Below are positions 1 to 9,110 of a DNA stretch of 64,000 nucleotides, piece by piece. The notes below the pieces were generated by a model. The model worked only from the letters and a program-made list of their open reading frames with translations. It did no database searches and was not told the DNA's origin. The stretch is from a candidate division WOR-3 bacterium (lineage in GTDB: Bacteria; Hydrothermota; Hydrothermia; JBDRYB01): NCBI GenBank assembly GCA_039803205.1, contig JBDRYB010000004.1, positions 74,371-138,370 of the forward strand, read 5' to 3'. Each line of letters opens with the position of its first letter. Within the stretch, counting starts at the first letter, position 1. The translations under genes were made by a program, and so were the position numbers.

Positions 1-345
1 CTGAGCATCCCAGCGGCCGCTCTCGCGAAGAGATACGAAGAGCTGTATCTACCAGATGGCGGCCAAATAATCCTTCCCGGGAGGTCAAAGGCCCTTATCC
101 TTCTCAAGAGGATAAGGGATGAGGCGCACCGTTTCGCGGTCAGCTATCACAGGACCCTCCGTGGGAGGAGGGGAATGGGTTCGGTCCTGGATGGCCTTGA
201 GGGCATAGGCCCGGAAAGAAAGAAAGCGCTCATGCGGTATTTTGGTTCGCTTGATAGGCTCCGGGGAGCGTCCCTTGAGGAGATCGAGAGGGTTCCGGGC
301 ATAGGGAAGAAGCTGGCGAGGGAGATATACGAGTTCCTCAGGTGA
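1..345 (+). CDS. uvrC: Excinuclease ABC subunit C, C-terminal part (truncated by window edge)
   Basis: Frame 1 translates to ...ALAKRYEELY...LLKRIRDEAHRFAVSYHR...LDGLEGIGPERKKALMRYFGSL...VPGIGKKLAREIYEFLR*. This has the RDEAHRFA motif and a HhH pair. Confidence 0.95.
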   Translation: MSIPAAALAKRYEELYLPDGGQIILPGRSKALILLKRIRDEAHRFAVSYHRTLRGRRGMGSVLDGLEGIGPERKKALMRYFGSLDRLRGASLEEIERVPGIGKKLAREIYEFLR

Positions 346-348
346 ACC

Positions 349-798
349 CTATTCCTCCCAGGTGGTTATGGAGTGATAGAATATCTGGTCGTTGTCGTCC
401 AGGCCTCGCTCTATTTCGGTGATGTGGGATGTGGTTGCACCAAAGGCTGAGAGGACATACTTCACGGCCTCCATGGGTTTCGTGTGATTCCCGCATGTGT
501 ATATGTCAAGTGCCGCATAACGAACCTCAGGCCAGGTGTGAACGGAGAGGTGGGATTCGGATATGACCACAACGCCCGATACCCCATTCGGAGGGAACCT
601 GTGGACGGATACCGCCCAAACCTGAGCGCCTGCCTTGTTAGCGGCCTCAAGAAGTATGCCCTGGACCTGATCAACCGAGCCAATAACCTCAGGGGAGCAT
701 CCGGAGCACTCCACCACATACTGTATACCAAGGGTGCCGTGTGGCCTTGACTCAGCAAATTGGCCCCTTTCAGGCTTATGACTGGGCTTCTTTGCCAA
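349..798 (-). CDS. speD: S-adenosylmethionine decarboxylase proenzyme (short prokaryotic type)
   Basis: GVSGVVVISESHLSVHTWPE..YAALDIYTCG motif with the ES autocleavage site. Start placed at TTG 798 after a GGAGGAG SD. Confidence 0.95.
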   Translation of the reverse strand: MAKKPSHKPERGQFAESRPHGTLGIQYVVECSGCSPEVIGSVDQVQGILLEAANKAGAQVWAVSVHRFPPNGVSGVVVISESHLSVHTWPEVRYAALDIYTCGNHTKPMEAVKYVLSAFGATTSHITEIERGLDDNDQIFYHSITTWEE

Positions 799-1339
799 TT
801 TCTCCTCCCTCCTCAATTGCCTTCTTGTGAGAAACCACGCTTCCCTTCTTTGAGACCTTGAGCAGTTTCACCGGGATTGCCTTACCCAGTATCCCGCGCG
901 CCTCGCTCTCGGTTATGCTCGTGTGAGATGAGGGCAAAAAGGCCTTTATGCCCATTATATCAACGAGAAAGCCACCCCTCACGATGCTTCTCAGGGTAGC
1001 TTTTACCACACTGCCCTTGGCATGGGCTTCCCTGAGCGCTGAGAGGACTCTTTCAACCTCTCCTTTATCCCTTATGGGTTTCAGCTTTATCTCCTTGCTC
1101 ACATAATCAGCAACGGTTATCCTGGCCTCTGTCTCGTGCCCTTCGGGTAGCTCGCGATCGTAGCAGTGTAGGAATCCAACAAGACCCCAAGGCAGTTCAA
1201 CCATGTATCCACCCCTGACAGGCTTCATCACTTGAACCTTGATTACCTTGCCCTGGTCCTTAGCCGCGAAAACCTCTCCCCATAACTGGGCTCTTCTCAT
1301 TATGGACTCAGGGGAACGATTATCCGGTTTTGTAGCCAT
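776..1339 (-). CDS. Short protein with two S1 RNA-binding domains (resembles the N-terminal part of RpsA)
   Basis: Two S1-like repeats (VRGGYMVEL..GLVGFL; VRGGFLVDIMGIKAFLPSSH...VVSHK). ATG 1339 overlaps the nuoF stop (TGATG). Confidence 0.75.
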   Translation of the reverse strand: MATKPDNRSPESIMRRAQLWGEVFAAKDQGKVIKVQVMKPVRGGYMVELPWGLVGFLHCYDRELPEGHETEARITVADYVSKEIKLKPIRDKGEVERVLSALREAHAKGSVVKATLRSIVRGGFLVDIMGIKAFLPSSHTSITESEARGILGKAIPVKLLKVSKKGSVVSHKKAIEEGGEIGKEAQS

Positions 1340-2562
1340 CAGAGTTCCTCCTCGTATTTGTTTATGAAGGCTCCCGCAACCGCAACCGCTCCCTCCCCAA
1401 GTGGGCAAAAGCACTTGCCCCTCATTCCTTCAATAACATGCCTTATCCTGTCCGGATTTCCGTTCTTGTGTCCCAGCTCTATCTCCCTGAAAAGCCTGGC
1501 GAGCCAGGTTGAACCTTCCCTACAAGGGGTGCACTTCCCGCAGGACTCGTGGGCGAGAAACTCAAGAGACCTCCTGGCAACTGAGGCCAGAGGAACGGCG
1601 TCGTTAACCACTATTACGGCTCCTGAACCGAGCAGGGAGCCTGCTCGTTGGATATCCTCATAGGTGAGCCTCACATCCAGCTCCTCAGGCCTAAGGATGG
1701 GGGTTGAAAGCCCTCCCGGTATCACCCCTACCAGCTTCCCCTTCACCCCTCCAGCGTATTCATCAATGAGCTCGCGCAGGGTCAGGTCCCCGAACCTGAA
1801 CTCGTAGACCCCCGGCCTCCTCACGCCGCCAGAGACAGTGAATATCTTGGTTCCAGTGCTGTCCTTTGTGCCCATGGCCCTATACCATTCCGGACCATTC
1901 TTGATTATAAACGGCACATTTGAAAGGGTTTCAACATTGTTGACGACGGTTGGCATGCCGTAGACCCCATATGAGACCGGATAGGGTGGCCTGAGCCGTG
2001 GATGGCCCCTCTTGCCTTCAAGGGATTCTATCAGAGCGGTCTCCTCGCCGCAGATGTAGGCTCCGCCACCTCCGTAGACCTTAACCCTGAACGAGAAACC
2101 GGTTCCCATGATGTTCTCACCGAGAAACCCCTCCTTCTCGGCCTCGGCTATTGCCGCTCTCAGAATCCCCTGCGCCTTCGGATACTCTGCCCTGACATAT
2201 ATGAAGCCTTGGTGAGCCTCTATGGCCCTGGCCGCTATGAGCATCCCCTCCAGGAGGAGGTGCGGATACTTCTCCACTATCTCCCTGTCCTTGAATGTGC
2301 CAGGCTCGCCCTCGTCGCAGTTCGCGATAACAAAGCGCGGCCTCGGATCATCCTTCGGAACGAAGTCCCACTTGAGTCCGGTCGGAAAGGCCGCTCCTCC
2401 TCTTCCTCTGAGGCCGGAGGCCTTGACCGCGTCAATTATCTCCTGGGGTTTCATGGAGAGAGCCTTCCTCGCGGCCTCGTATCCGCCGTGTTTGAGGTAG
2501 AAAGAGAGGCTTTCCGAGCCATCTGCTCCAGCGTGCTCAAGTATTATTCTGGTCTCAGGCAT
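1339..2562 (-). CDS. nuoF: NADH-quinone oxidoreductase subunit F
   Basis: SGLRGRGGAAFPTGLKW, DEGEPGTFKDR, YICGEETALIESLEG, ESCGKCTPCREG, CFCPLG. Confidence 0.95.
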   Translation of the reverse strand: MPETRIILEHAGADGSESLSFYLKHGGYEAARKALSMKPQEIIDAVKASGLRGRGGAAFPTGLKWDFVPKDDPRPRFVIANCDEGEPGTFKDREIVEKYPHLLLEGMLIAARAIEAHQGFIYVRAEYPKAQGILRAAIAEAEKEGFLGENIMGTGFSFRVKVYGGGGAYICGEETALIESLEGKRGHPRLRPPYPVSYGVYGMPTVVNNVETLSNVPFIIKNGPEWYRAMGTKDSTGTKIFTVSGGVRRPGVYEFRFGDLTLRELIDEYAGGVKGKLVGVIPGGLSTPILRPEELDVRLTYEDIQRAGSLLGSGAVIVVNDAVPLASVARRSLEFLAHESCGKCTPCREGSTWLARLFREIELGHKNGNPDRIRHVIEGMRGKCFCPLGEGAVAVAGAFINKYEEEL

Positions 2563-3037
2563 TCCCGACCTCCCTTCTCAACCCATCAAGCAGGTTTTTC
2601 AGCTTATCCCTCGTATCAAGGGGCCCTATTCTCTCGCCGTTGAGGAGGACGGCTGGGGCAAGGTCGCACGAGCCGATGCACTCAGCCTCCTCGTAGGAGA
2701 AAAGCCCATCCGGCGTCGTCTGGCCGGGTTCAACCCCGAGGAGCTCCTTCATCCATCCGAAGAGGTCATAAGCGCCGCAGATCATGCAGGAAAGGTTCGT
2801 GCAAACGAGGAAGTGGAACCTCCCGACGCTCTCGCGCTTTATGAGGTGATAAAAGGATGCCACAGCCTCAACATGCTCGGGCTTCGTGCCGAGCTCATCC
2901 GCTATGACGACCGCCACATCCCTGCTGAGGGCTCCGAAACGGGACACCGCCTCATGTATTGAGGGGATTAGAGCACTGTCGCCCATGGGGAACTCGGCCT
3001 TTAGCTCCCGTATCCTTTCTCTGAACCCGTTCATCAT
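2555..3037 (-). CDS. nuoE: NADH-quinone oxidoreductase subunit E
   Basis: VASFY, CTNLSC and ECIGSCDLAP [2Fe-2S] ligands; operon position. Confidence 0.93.
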   Translation of the reverse strand: MMNGFRERIRELKAEFPMGDSALIPSIHEAVSRFGALSRDVAVVIADELGTKPEHVEAVASFYHLIKRESVGRFHFLVCTNLSCMICGAYDLFGWMKELLGVEPGQTTPDGLFSYEEAECIGSCDLAPAVLLNGERIGPLDTRDKLKNLLDGLRREVGNA

Positions 3038-4242
3038 CTGTCCACCTCCCCGAGGACCACATCAAGGGTCCCTATTAGCGTTATCACATCAGCAATAAGC
3101 CCCCCAACAGCCATCTTCTCAAGGGTTTGTAGGTTTATGAAAGTTGATGCCCTTATGTGCATTCTGTAAGGCCTCTGAGACCCATCTGATACGATATAGA
3201 ACCCTAGCTCGCCCTTTGGCGCTTCTATTGAGACATACACCTCTCCCTCCGGGACCGAAAACCCCTCTGAGACTATCTTGAAGTGGTGGATGAGGTTCTC
3301 TATGGAGTCGTAGACCCTATCCTTCGGGGGCGGAATAACCTTTGCCTCGTCCGCGATAACAGGCCCCTTTGGCAGTTGGGCCAAACATTGCTCGGCCATC
3401 TTGGCCGATTCCTCCATTTCCTCCATGCGGACTAAATACCGGGCATAGCTATCCCCTTCGGTATAAACAGGAACCCGGAAATTCAGCCTGTCGTAAACCA
3501 GATACGGCTCATCCCTGCGCATGTCGTGGTCAAGCCCAGAACCCCTTGCGACCGGGCCGGTTGCTGAGAGAGCCAGAACATCATCCCTCGTTAGGATGCC
3601 AACCCCTTGGGTCCTCTTCTTCCAAATGATGTTGTCCGTGAGCATGGTGTGCAGCTCTTGGAGGGCCTTTGTCCGGAAGTTAGCGAGGAAATCCGTGAGG
3701 CCCACGATGAACTCGTGGTTCAGGTCAGCCGCGACGCCGCCTATCCTCATGAAAGTGTTGTTCATGCGTTGGCCAGTGAGTATTTCAAGAAGATCGTATA
3801 TCTTCTCGCGCTCGCGGAAGGCATAGAACCAAGCAGTCCAGGCTCCTAGGTCCATGCCGTGTGAGGCATACCAGACGAGGTGGCTCTCTATCCTCGTTAG
3901 TTCTGCCAGAAGGGTTCGTATATATTTGGCCCTCTCGGGAACCTCAAGACCGAGGAGCTTCTCAACCGCCATCACATAAGCTAGGTTGTTGGTTAGCGGA
4001 GCGAGGTAGTCAAGGCGGTCCGTGTATGGGATTACCTGGTGATATGTCTTTTGTTCGGCTATCTTCTCGGTCCCCCTGTGGAGGTAGCCTGGGGTTATCC
4101 TGGCCTTCACGACGGTTTCGCCATCAAGCCAGAGCTTTATGCGCAGGACCCCGTGGGTTGCTGGGTGCTGGGGCCCCATGTTGAGCTCTATGACATCCGT
4201 TTCAACCCCAGCTGAATCCCTAAAAAGGATCTCTTTTTCCAT
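3034..4242 (-). CDS. nuoD: NADH-quinone oxidoreductase subunit D
   Basis: NMGPQHPATHGVLR, GYLHRGTEK, DRLDY, EAPKGELG, C-terminal GEVDR; no NiFe CxxC motifs. Confidence 0.96.
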   Translation of the reverse strand: MEKEILFRDSAGVETDVIELNMGPQHPATHGVLRIKLWLDGETVVKARITPGYLHRGTEKIAEQKTYHQVIPYTDRLDYLAPLTNNLAYVMAVEKLLGLEVPERAKYIRTLLAELTRIESHLVWYASHGMDLGAWTAWFYAFREREKIYDLLEILTGQRMNNTFMRIGGVAADLNHEFIVGLTDFLANFRTKALQELHTMLTDNIIWKKRTQGVGILTRDDVLALSATGPVARGSGLDHDMRRDEPYLVYDRLNFRVPVYTEGDSYARYLVRMEEMEESAKMAEQCLAQLPKGPVIADEAKVIPPPKDRVYDSIENLIHHFKIVSEGFSVPEGEVYVSIEAPKGELGFYIVSDGSQRPYRMHIRASTFINLQTLEKMAVGGLIADVITLIGTLDVVLGEVDR

Positions 4243-4248
4243 ATCAAC

Positions 4249-4710
4249 CTACCTGTTATCCGGCAGGGGAACATCCTCCCGCCAGTTGAAGTCCTTTCTC
4301 AGCGGCCAACCCGGAAACCCATCCCAAAGCAGGATGTGCGTGAGCTCAGGGTTTCCCTTGAACTCTATTCCGAACATCTCCCAGGTCTCGCGCTCCATGA
4401 AGCCAGCGCCTAGCCATATATCAACCACGCTATTGACCGATCCTTCGCACGGACATTTGACCCTGAGACGCAGGTTTCTTGAGTATGAGTGAAGGTGATA
4501 GACCACCTCAAAGCGCGGCTCACGCCTTCCGAGCCAATCAACGGCGGTCAGATCTGTTAGCATCTCAAAGCCGCCGGAATCCCTGAGATAGAGCATGAGA
4601 TCGTGAAGGGCCTCTGGTTTGACTATCAATGTAGTCTCACCGAGCCTCGTGTAGGAATCCAAAACCGCATGACCAAACCTTTCCCTTATGGCGTTTATGA
4701 GCTCATCCAT
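4249..4710 (-). CDS. nuoC: NADH-quinone oxidoreductase subunit C
   Basis: LTDLTAVDW, RFEVVYHL, ERETWEMFGIEF, PLRKDF. Confidence 0.95.
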   Translation of the reverse strand: MDELINAIRERFGHAVLDSYTRLGETTLIVKPEALHDLMLYLRDSGGFEMLTDLTAVDWLGRREPRFEVVYHLHSYSRNLRLRVKCPCEGSVNSVVDIWLGAGFMERETWEMFGIEFKGNPELTHILLWDGFPGWPLRKDFNWREDVPLPDNR

Positions 4711-4761
4711 TTTGACCTCCGTTCCCAGGCCACAGGGATAGGGAGTTCTTTATGATGAGTG

Positions 4762-5355
4762 CTATTTTATCCACGGATAAAGCCTCCCTTTCTCCTTGCG
4801 TATCTTCGCGGCAAGCTTGAGAAACCCGTAGAGAAGGGATTCCGGCCTCGGGGGACAGCCTGGGACATATACATCTATGGGGATTATCCAATCGGCTCCC
4901 TGGACAACAGCGAAGGAGTTATACATTCCTCCAGTTGAAGCGCATGCGCCCATGGCTATTGCCCATTTTGGCTGTGCCATTTGTTCCCAGAGCTGTCGGA
5001 CAACGGGTGCCATCTTCTTGGTCAGGGTTCCAGCTATGACGATGAGATCTGATTGGCGAGGGGATGGCCTGAATACCTCGTATCCGAAACGGGCCATGTC
5101 AAACCTCGGGCCCCCTGTTGCCATCTGTTCAATAGCGCAACAAGCGAGGCCGAATGTCAGGGGGAACAAGGAATTTCCCCTTGCCCAGTTGACTATCCAC
5201 TGGCTCATGCTTTCCACGGTAGTGAAAAGGACTCGCTGTGCCAGCGTTCGTCTTATCGCCTCTTCCTCCTGGGGGCTCAGCCTGAGCCTTATCTCATCTA
5301 GCTCCAGGAGAAACCTCTCTCTGGCTTCCGTCGTAGGTCTTTCGCCTATTTCCAT
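4762..5355 (-). CDS. nuoB: NADH-quinone oxidoreductase subunit B
   Basis: [38 protein letters not shown]. Start taken at ATG 5355, overlapping the nuoA end. Confidence 0.95.
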   Translation of the reverse strand: MEIGERPTTEARERFLLELDEIRLRLSPQEEEAIRRTLAQRVLFTTVESMSQWIVNWARGNSLFPLTFGLACCAIEQMATGGPRFDMARFGYEVFRPSPRQSDLIVIAGTLTKKMAPVVRQLWEQMAQPKWAIAMGACASTGGMYNSFAVVQGADWIIPIDVYVPGCPPRPESLLYGFLKLAAKIRKEKGRLYPWIK

Positions 5356-5699
5356 TCGAGTCCTCTCCTCCCCCACGCGTATATATATCCGAATACCAAT
5401 ATGCCCATGAAAACGAACGCTTCAATCAGGCCAAAAATCCCAAGTTTCTCGGCCTGCACAGCCCAAGGGAACAGGAGAACCGTCTCAACATCAAAAGCCA
5501 GAAAGAGAAGCGCCACGACGAAGAACCGGACAGAGAACCTTATCCTAGGCGTTCCTACTGGCTTTATCCCGCACTCATAGGGTTCGTTCTTCTTCTCCTC
5601 TCGGATGGAGGGCCCGAGGAACATTGAAGCGATAACGCCCCCGAACCCTATGACCATTCCGAGTATGAGCATTATCAAAAGGGGTATCTTTGGATCCAT
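5346..5699 (-). CDS. nuoA: NADH-quinone oxidoreductase subunit A
   Basis: Three TM segments, PYECG, FDVET..LFPWAV, GLEW. Confidence 0.95.
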   Translation of the reverse strand: MDPKIPLLIMLILGMVIGFGGVIASMFLGPSIREEKKNEPYECGIKPVGTPRIRFSVRFFVVALLFLAFDVETVLLFPWAVQAEKLGIFGLIEAFVFMGILVFGYIYAWGRRGLEWK

Positions 5700-6245
5700 T
5701 TATGTTCCTCCAAAATCCTCCCACCTCAGGATATACCAGAAACCCGTTTCCGGGTCCCTTTTCATGAAGAACCTGGCCCTTCCCTTTGCCACAGAAGCAC
5801 CTCCCTCTGGTGGAGGCTCTATGACCAGGTAATACTCGCATATCCAGCACGAAGAGGAATCGTTCCCTTCTATCCTCCGGAGCTGGCTCAGGGTGAGATC
5901 AAGGCTCCCGCCCTCGCTCCCCTTTATGTAGTTAAACAGGGCCTCGGCGGAAAGCCGCTCCTCTGTCCTCCCCCAGACCAGGCTATCCAAGCCCCAATTC
6001 TCCTTTAACAATTCCCTTATGCCCTCCTCGCCGGGGTCAAAGTAGAACTTGAATGAGTCATCAAAACAAGCCATATAGCCCTCAAGATCCAGAGAAACAT
6101 ATGAGGTCTGGAGGTTCTGAAACACCACGGAGTCGCTGAGGGGAAGCGGATAGCCCGTTCCAGGCTCGGTATGTGGATTAAACGGATTCCAGCATCCTGC
6201 AGTGATGAGGGATGTGAATCCCAGGATTCGCCGGGGGCTAGGCAT
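5700..6245 (-). CDS. Hypothetical lipoprotein
   Basis: Signal peptide with lipobox ITAG-C followed by WNPFNP; coupled between rpmA and nuoA. Confidence 0.65.
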   Translation of the reverse strand: MPSPRRILGFTSLITAGCWNPFNPHTEPGTGYPLPLSDSVVFQNLQTSYVSLDLEGYMACFDDSFKFYFDPGEEGIRELLKENWGLDSLVWGRTEERLSAEALFNYIKGSEGGSLDLTLSQLRRIEGNDSSSCWICEYYLVIEPPPEGGASVAKGRARFFMKRDPETGFWYILRWEDFGGT

Positions 6246-6490
6246 TAGACCACAGAGACATAGACCCTGCCCTTTCTGCGCTCAAACCTTACTGTGCCTT
6301 CTTTGAGAGCAAAAAGGGTGTCATCTCCGCCCCTGCGAACATTTGTCCCGGGGTAGATCCTGGTTCCCCTTTGCCGGACGAGAATCTGGCCAGGCCTCGC
6401 TATCTGGCCATCGCCCATTTTAACGCCCAAACGCTTTCCTGGACTATCCCTTCCATTTCTCGTTGATCCCTGGCCTTTCTTGTGAGCCAT
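6245..6490 (-). CDS. rpmA: 50S ribosomal protein L27
   Basis: [23 protein letters not shown]...[15 protein letters not shown]. Confidence 0.98.
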   Translation of the reverse strand: MAHKKGQGSTRNGRDSPGKRLGVKMGDGQIARPGQILVRQRGTRIYPGTNVRRGGDDTLFALKEGTVRFERRKGRVYVSVV

Positions 6491-6557
6491 GGTAACCTCC
6501 TTGCCGGAGATACAAATGATAATCCAGGGCTACGCCCCGGATCAAGGCCTCGTATAG

Positions 6558-7117
6558 CTGAGATCTCACACTTTCCTCCCCTCTGAAACCCTTATCCTGC
6601 AAGACTCTCAAACCCTTGGGGCCGTAGTGGCCCAGGGAGGCCCTGAGGGATGAAAATATAATCCCGGCCCCAAGAAGGAAGGGCCGGGAAAGGAGAAAAA
6701 ATATGACCCTTTCTCCACAAGTATCAAGCAAGCTGAAGCTATGGCTCAAGTCCATGGGGGCCAAAGAGGGTCTCGTCCTGGGCAAGGTGCGCATCTAGGC
6801 AATTGAGTATTCCCGCTCAAGCCTCGCATGGTGGGAGGCAAAATCCGAGGTCAAAAGGGCTTCCTCAGGGGATACATGGATGCGATAAACCTTGTGAGAT
6901 ACCTGCAAAGACATAGACAGCACGGATGAGGACTCTGAGAACAGGTTTCTGATGATAGCCAAGCCCCTACTCAAGAGGCTACTCATCATAGGGGACAGAA
7001 GATACGCTGACGGCAAGAGCTCACCAGGAAGATACGCTAAGTTCTTGTGCCCCAAGAACTACAGGCTATCCTAATTCAAACCTTGTTTTTGGAAGGTGGG
7101 GATATGTGAGATCTCAG
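6558..7117 (+). mobile_element. Decayed IS remnant (DDE transposase pseudogene, IS4/IS5-like) bounded by inverted repeats
   Basis: Exact 13-bp IR CTGAGATCTCACA (6558-6570) / TGTGAGATCTCAG (7105-7117), with partial inward extension. Broken + frames give KVRI*AIE, KGFLRGY and LIIGDRRY, in the order of DDE motifs. Confidence 0.5.
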
Positions 7118-7156
7118 GCAATTTCAAAAACAGTCGCCTCCAGGTTGCTGTTGGTT

Positions 7157-9004
7157 TTACTTTACCAGCAACTTGGCTGTGGCCGTTCTCTCCCTGCTCT
7201 TGTAGACCGCCATGTAAATCCCAGCAGGGACAGATGGCCTGAACTCAAAGACACCCGGCCCCATGTCTCCTTCGTGAATAACGCTGAGGAGTCGGCCAGT
7301 GGCATCGTAGAGACTGAGCCTAGCGGTTGTAGGCCCTGGAAGCTCAAGAACCAGAGCGTCCCCTCTTTGGTTCATCCTGAACACAGAGGGCATGGGCTTT
7401 GTCTCCTCAACCTTCTCATACAGGGGGCAAGAGGTGTATTTTATCCAGACCCCTCCCTGGGTCGCTATCTCCCTGTTGACCTGGTCGGCCCTGAGCACTA
7501 TCCTGTATTGGAAATACTTCTTGCATGGTGTCCCCAGGAAAATAGAATCAGCCCCTGTTCCCTCTGGTAGGAATATGGGGCCCACCCAGGGCGCGGCCAG
7601 TATCTCTGCCACGGTGTTCCCAGCGCGCCAGAATAGCGCGACAGCGGTATCGTTTGGAATGCAAGTCCCATATCCCCACCCGAACCAGGATATTGCGCCT
7701 CCTGAATCCGCTACAGCGTGCAGTTGCAGAATTGAGGATTCAAGCCATCCTGACGGGGCGAAGGCGGATACCATTCTGTTCTCGTATATGGCGTGCTCCC
7801 CCTCCCTGGTGGCGAATATGTCAATATCAGGGGTGCACGAGATCTGGTCAGCATCATCAGGATAAACCCAGTGGGAGTTGAAGAAGCCTGCGATGAAATA
7901 TTCCGTGAATGTTGGGAAAGGAAGAGTCTGCCGGAAATAGCCGAGATTCGACCAACCCCCTGATATATCCGTGAGGCCGTCCAGATCCATGTCCCTGGCT
8001 ATACTGCCGTCAGTGTAGCTGCCAGCGTCGCCGGTAAGGGGAGTCCAAACATAGTTGAAACCTGTTCCGTCATTCAGAAGTCCCTCAAACCTGTATTGAC
8101 CCAGGGAGTTCGGATATGTGGCTACTGTGATGTCAAGGTCCCCATCCCTGTCAAGGTCATTGAACCACATCCCGTCCACGCAGGAGAAGAAATAGCCTAC
8201 GGTGTTCAGGCTAAAGCTTCCTGATCCATCATTGATAAAAACATTGGCCATGCCGTTTCCACAGCAACCGGTCGCCACGAAATCCGGATCAAGGTCCCCG
8301 TCAAGGTCGCCAATTGCTAGCCGCCAGACATCTATGCCCGGAAGCCAAACAACCTCCTCGGTGAAGTTGCCTGAGCCGTCGTTCCTGTAGAGCCATATTC
8401 CGGGGACATCCCACCAGCTTCGGTTTGAAGCCAGTATGTCCTTGTCCCCATCCCCATCAAAGTCAGCTGAGAAAGCACGGGACCGAGAGCTGCTTGTCAG
8501 GGTTGTCGCGGCCCAGGCACCGCCGTTGTTTCTGTAGAAGATGAGCCTCCCGTTGGGGTCTCCTGCACCTGCGTCAGCGACCACAACATCCCCATCCCCA
8601 TCCCCATCAAAGTCATCTGCCCAAACCCCAGCGTAGCCTTCACTCGTGAGTGTTCCAAGGTTTGCTATGTCATGGGGTATGTATGTCCAGTTGGCAACGA
8701 ACTCATACCAGCGGACTATCTCTCCGCTGAGAAGGATCAAATCCTTATCCCCATCCCCGTCTATATCAAACGGTGTGAATCCCTGGTAGTGATGCTTGCC
8801 GCCAGCGTCTATGCTGTGGGCTGTCCAACTGGTGAACATCCAAAGGATGGCAACTAGGGAGAGTATGCCCGGATTTGAATAGTTGACATTCTGAGACTGC
8901 CAGAAACGGTTTCCCCAGGCCGCTACAGGCCCCTGAACCCCTGGCCCCCCAGACCAGTCGTTCTGGAAGGCATATATCTGCGATAGGAGCAAAACCATCA
9001 ACAT
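7157..9004 (-). CDS. Secreted FG-GAP/VCBS-repeat beta-propeller protein with T9SS-like C-terminal domain
   Basis: Signal peptide; about six DxDGDGDxD repeats; C-terminal LSLYDATGRL...GIY...KLLVK. Start at ATG 9004 after GGAGGTG. Confidence 0.85.
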   Translation of the reverse strand: MLMVLLLSQIYAFQNDWSGGPGVQGPVAAWGNRFWQSQNVNYSNPGILSLVAILWMFTSWTAHSIDAGGKHHYQGFTPFDIDGDGDKDLILLSGEIVRWYEFVANWTYIPHDIANLGTLTSEGYAGVWADDFDGDGDGDVVVADAGAGDPNGRLIFYRNNGGAWAATTLTSSSRSRAFSADFDGDGDKDILASNRSWWDVPGIWLYRNDGSGNFTEEVVWLPGIDVWRLAIGDLDGDLDPDFVATGCCGNGMANVFINDGSGSFSLNTVGYFFSCVDGMWFNDLDRDGDLDITVATYPNSLGQYRFEGLLNDGTGFNYVWTPLTGDAGSYTDGSIARDMDLDGLTDISGGWSNLGYFRQTLPFPTFTEYFIAGFFNSHWVYPDDADQISCTPDIDIFATREGEHAIYENRMVSAFAPSGWLESSILQLHAVADSGGAISWFGWGYGTCIPNDTAVALFWRAGNTVAEILAAPWVGPIFLPEGTGADSIFLGTPCKKYFQYRIVLRADQVNREIATQGGVWIKYTSCPLYEKVEETKPMPSVFRMNQRGDALVLELPGPTTARLSLYDATGRLLSVIHEGDMGPGVFEFRPSVPAGIYMAVYKSRERTATAKLLVK

Positions 9005-9034
9005 AATATTCACACCTCCATCTTAGTTGCCTAA

Positions 9035-9063
9035 AGTATACACCTTCCCTCGTGGATTTTCAA
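9035..9063 (-). promoter_or_regulatory. Sigma70-type promoter of the FG-GAP gene
   Basis: Minus strand TTGAAA-17 nt-TATACT, about 30 nt upstream of the start. Confidence 0.7.
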
Positions 9064-9110
9064 GTTTGCGAGGGCGTCATTAACCCGGATTTGGTCTTTG
9101 AGTTGAACCT

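Noticed and set aside
4703..4891. 62-aa minus ORF bridging the nuoB end and the nuoC start, a possible frameshifted nuoB tail
   Set aside because: nuoB is already complete with all motifs; the overlap with the nuoC start is suggestive but there is no slippery site or homology support.
3034..5355. nuoB/C/D as a group 4 NiFe hydrogenase
   Set aside because: The large subunit lacks the Ni-binding CxxC pairs and ends in GEVDR, as in complex I.
7082..7133. Hairpin with a CACCUUCC-containing loop downstream of the FG-GAP gene as a third anti-SD terminator
   Set aside because: It overlaps the right inverted repeat of the IS remnant, has an AT-rich stem and no clear U tract.
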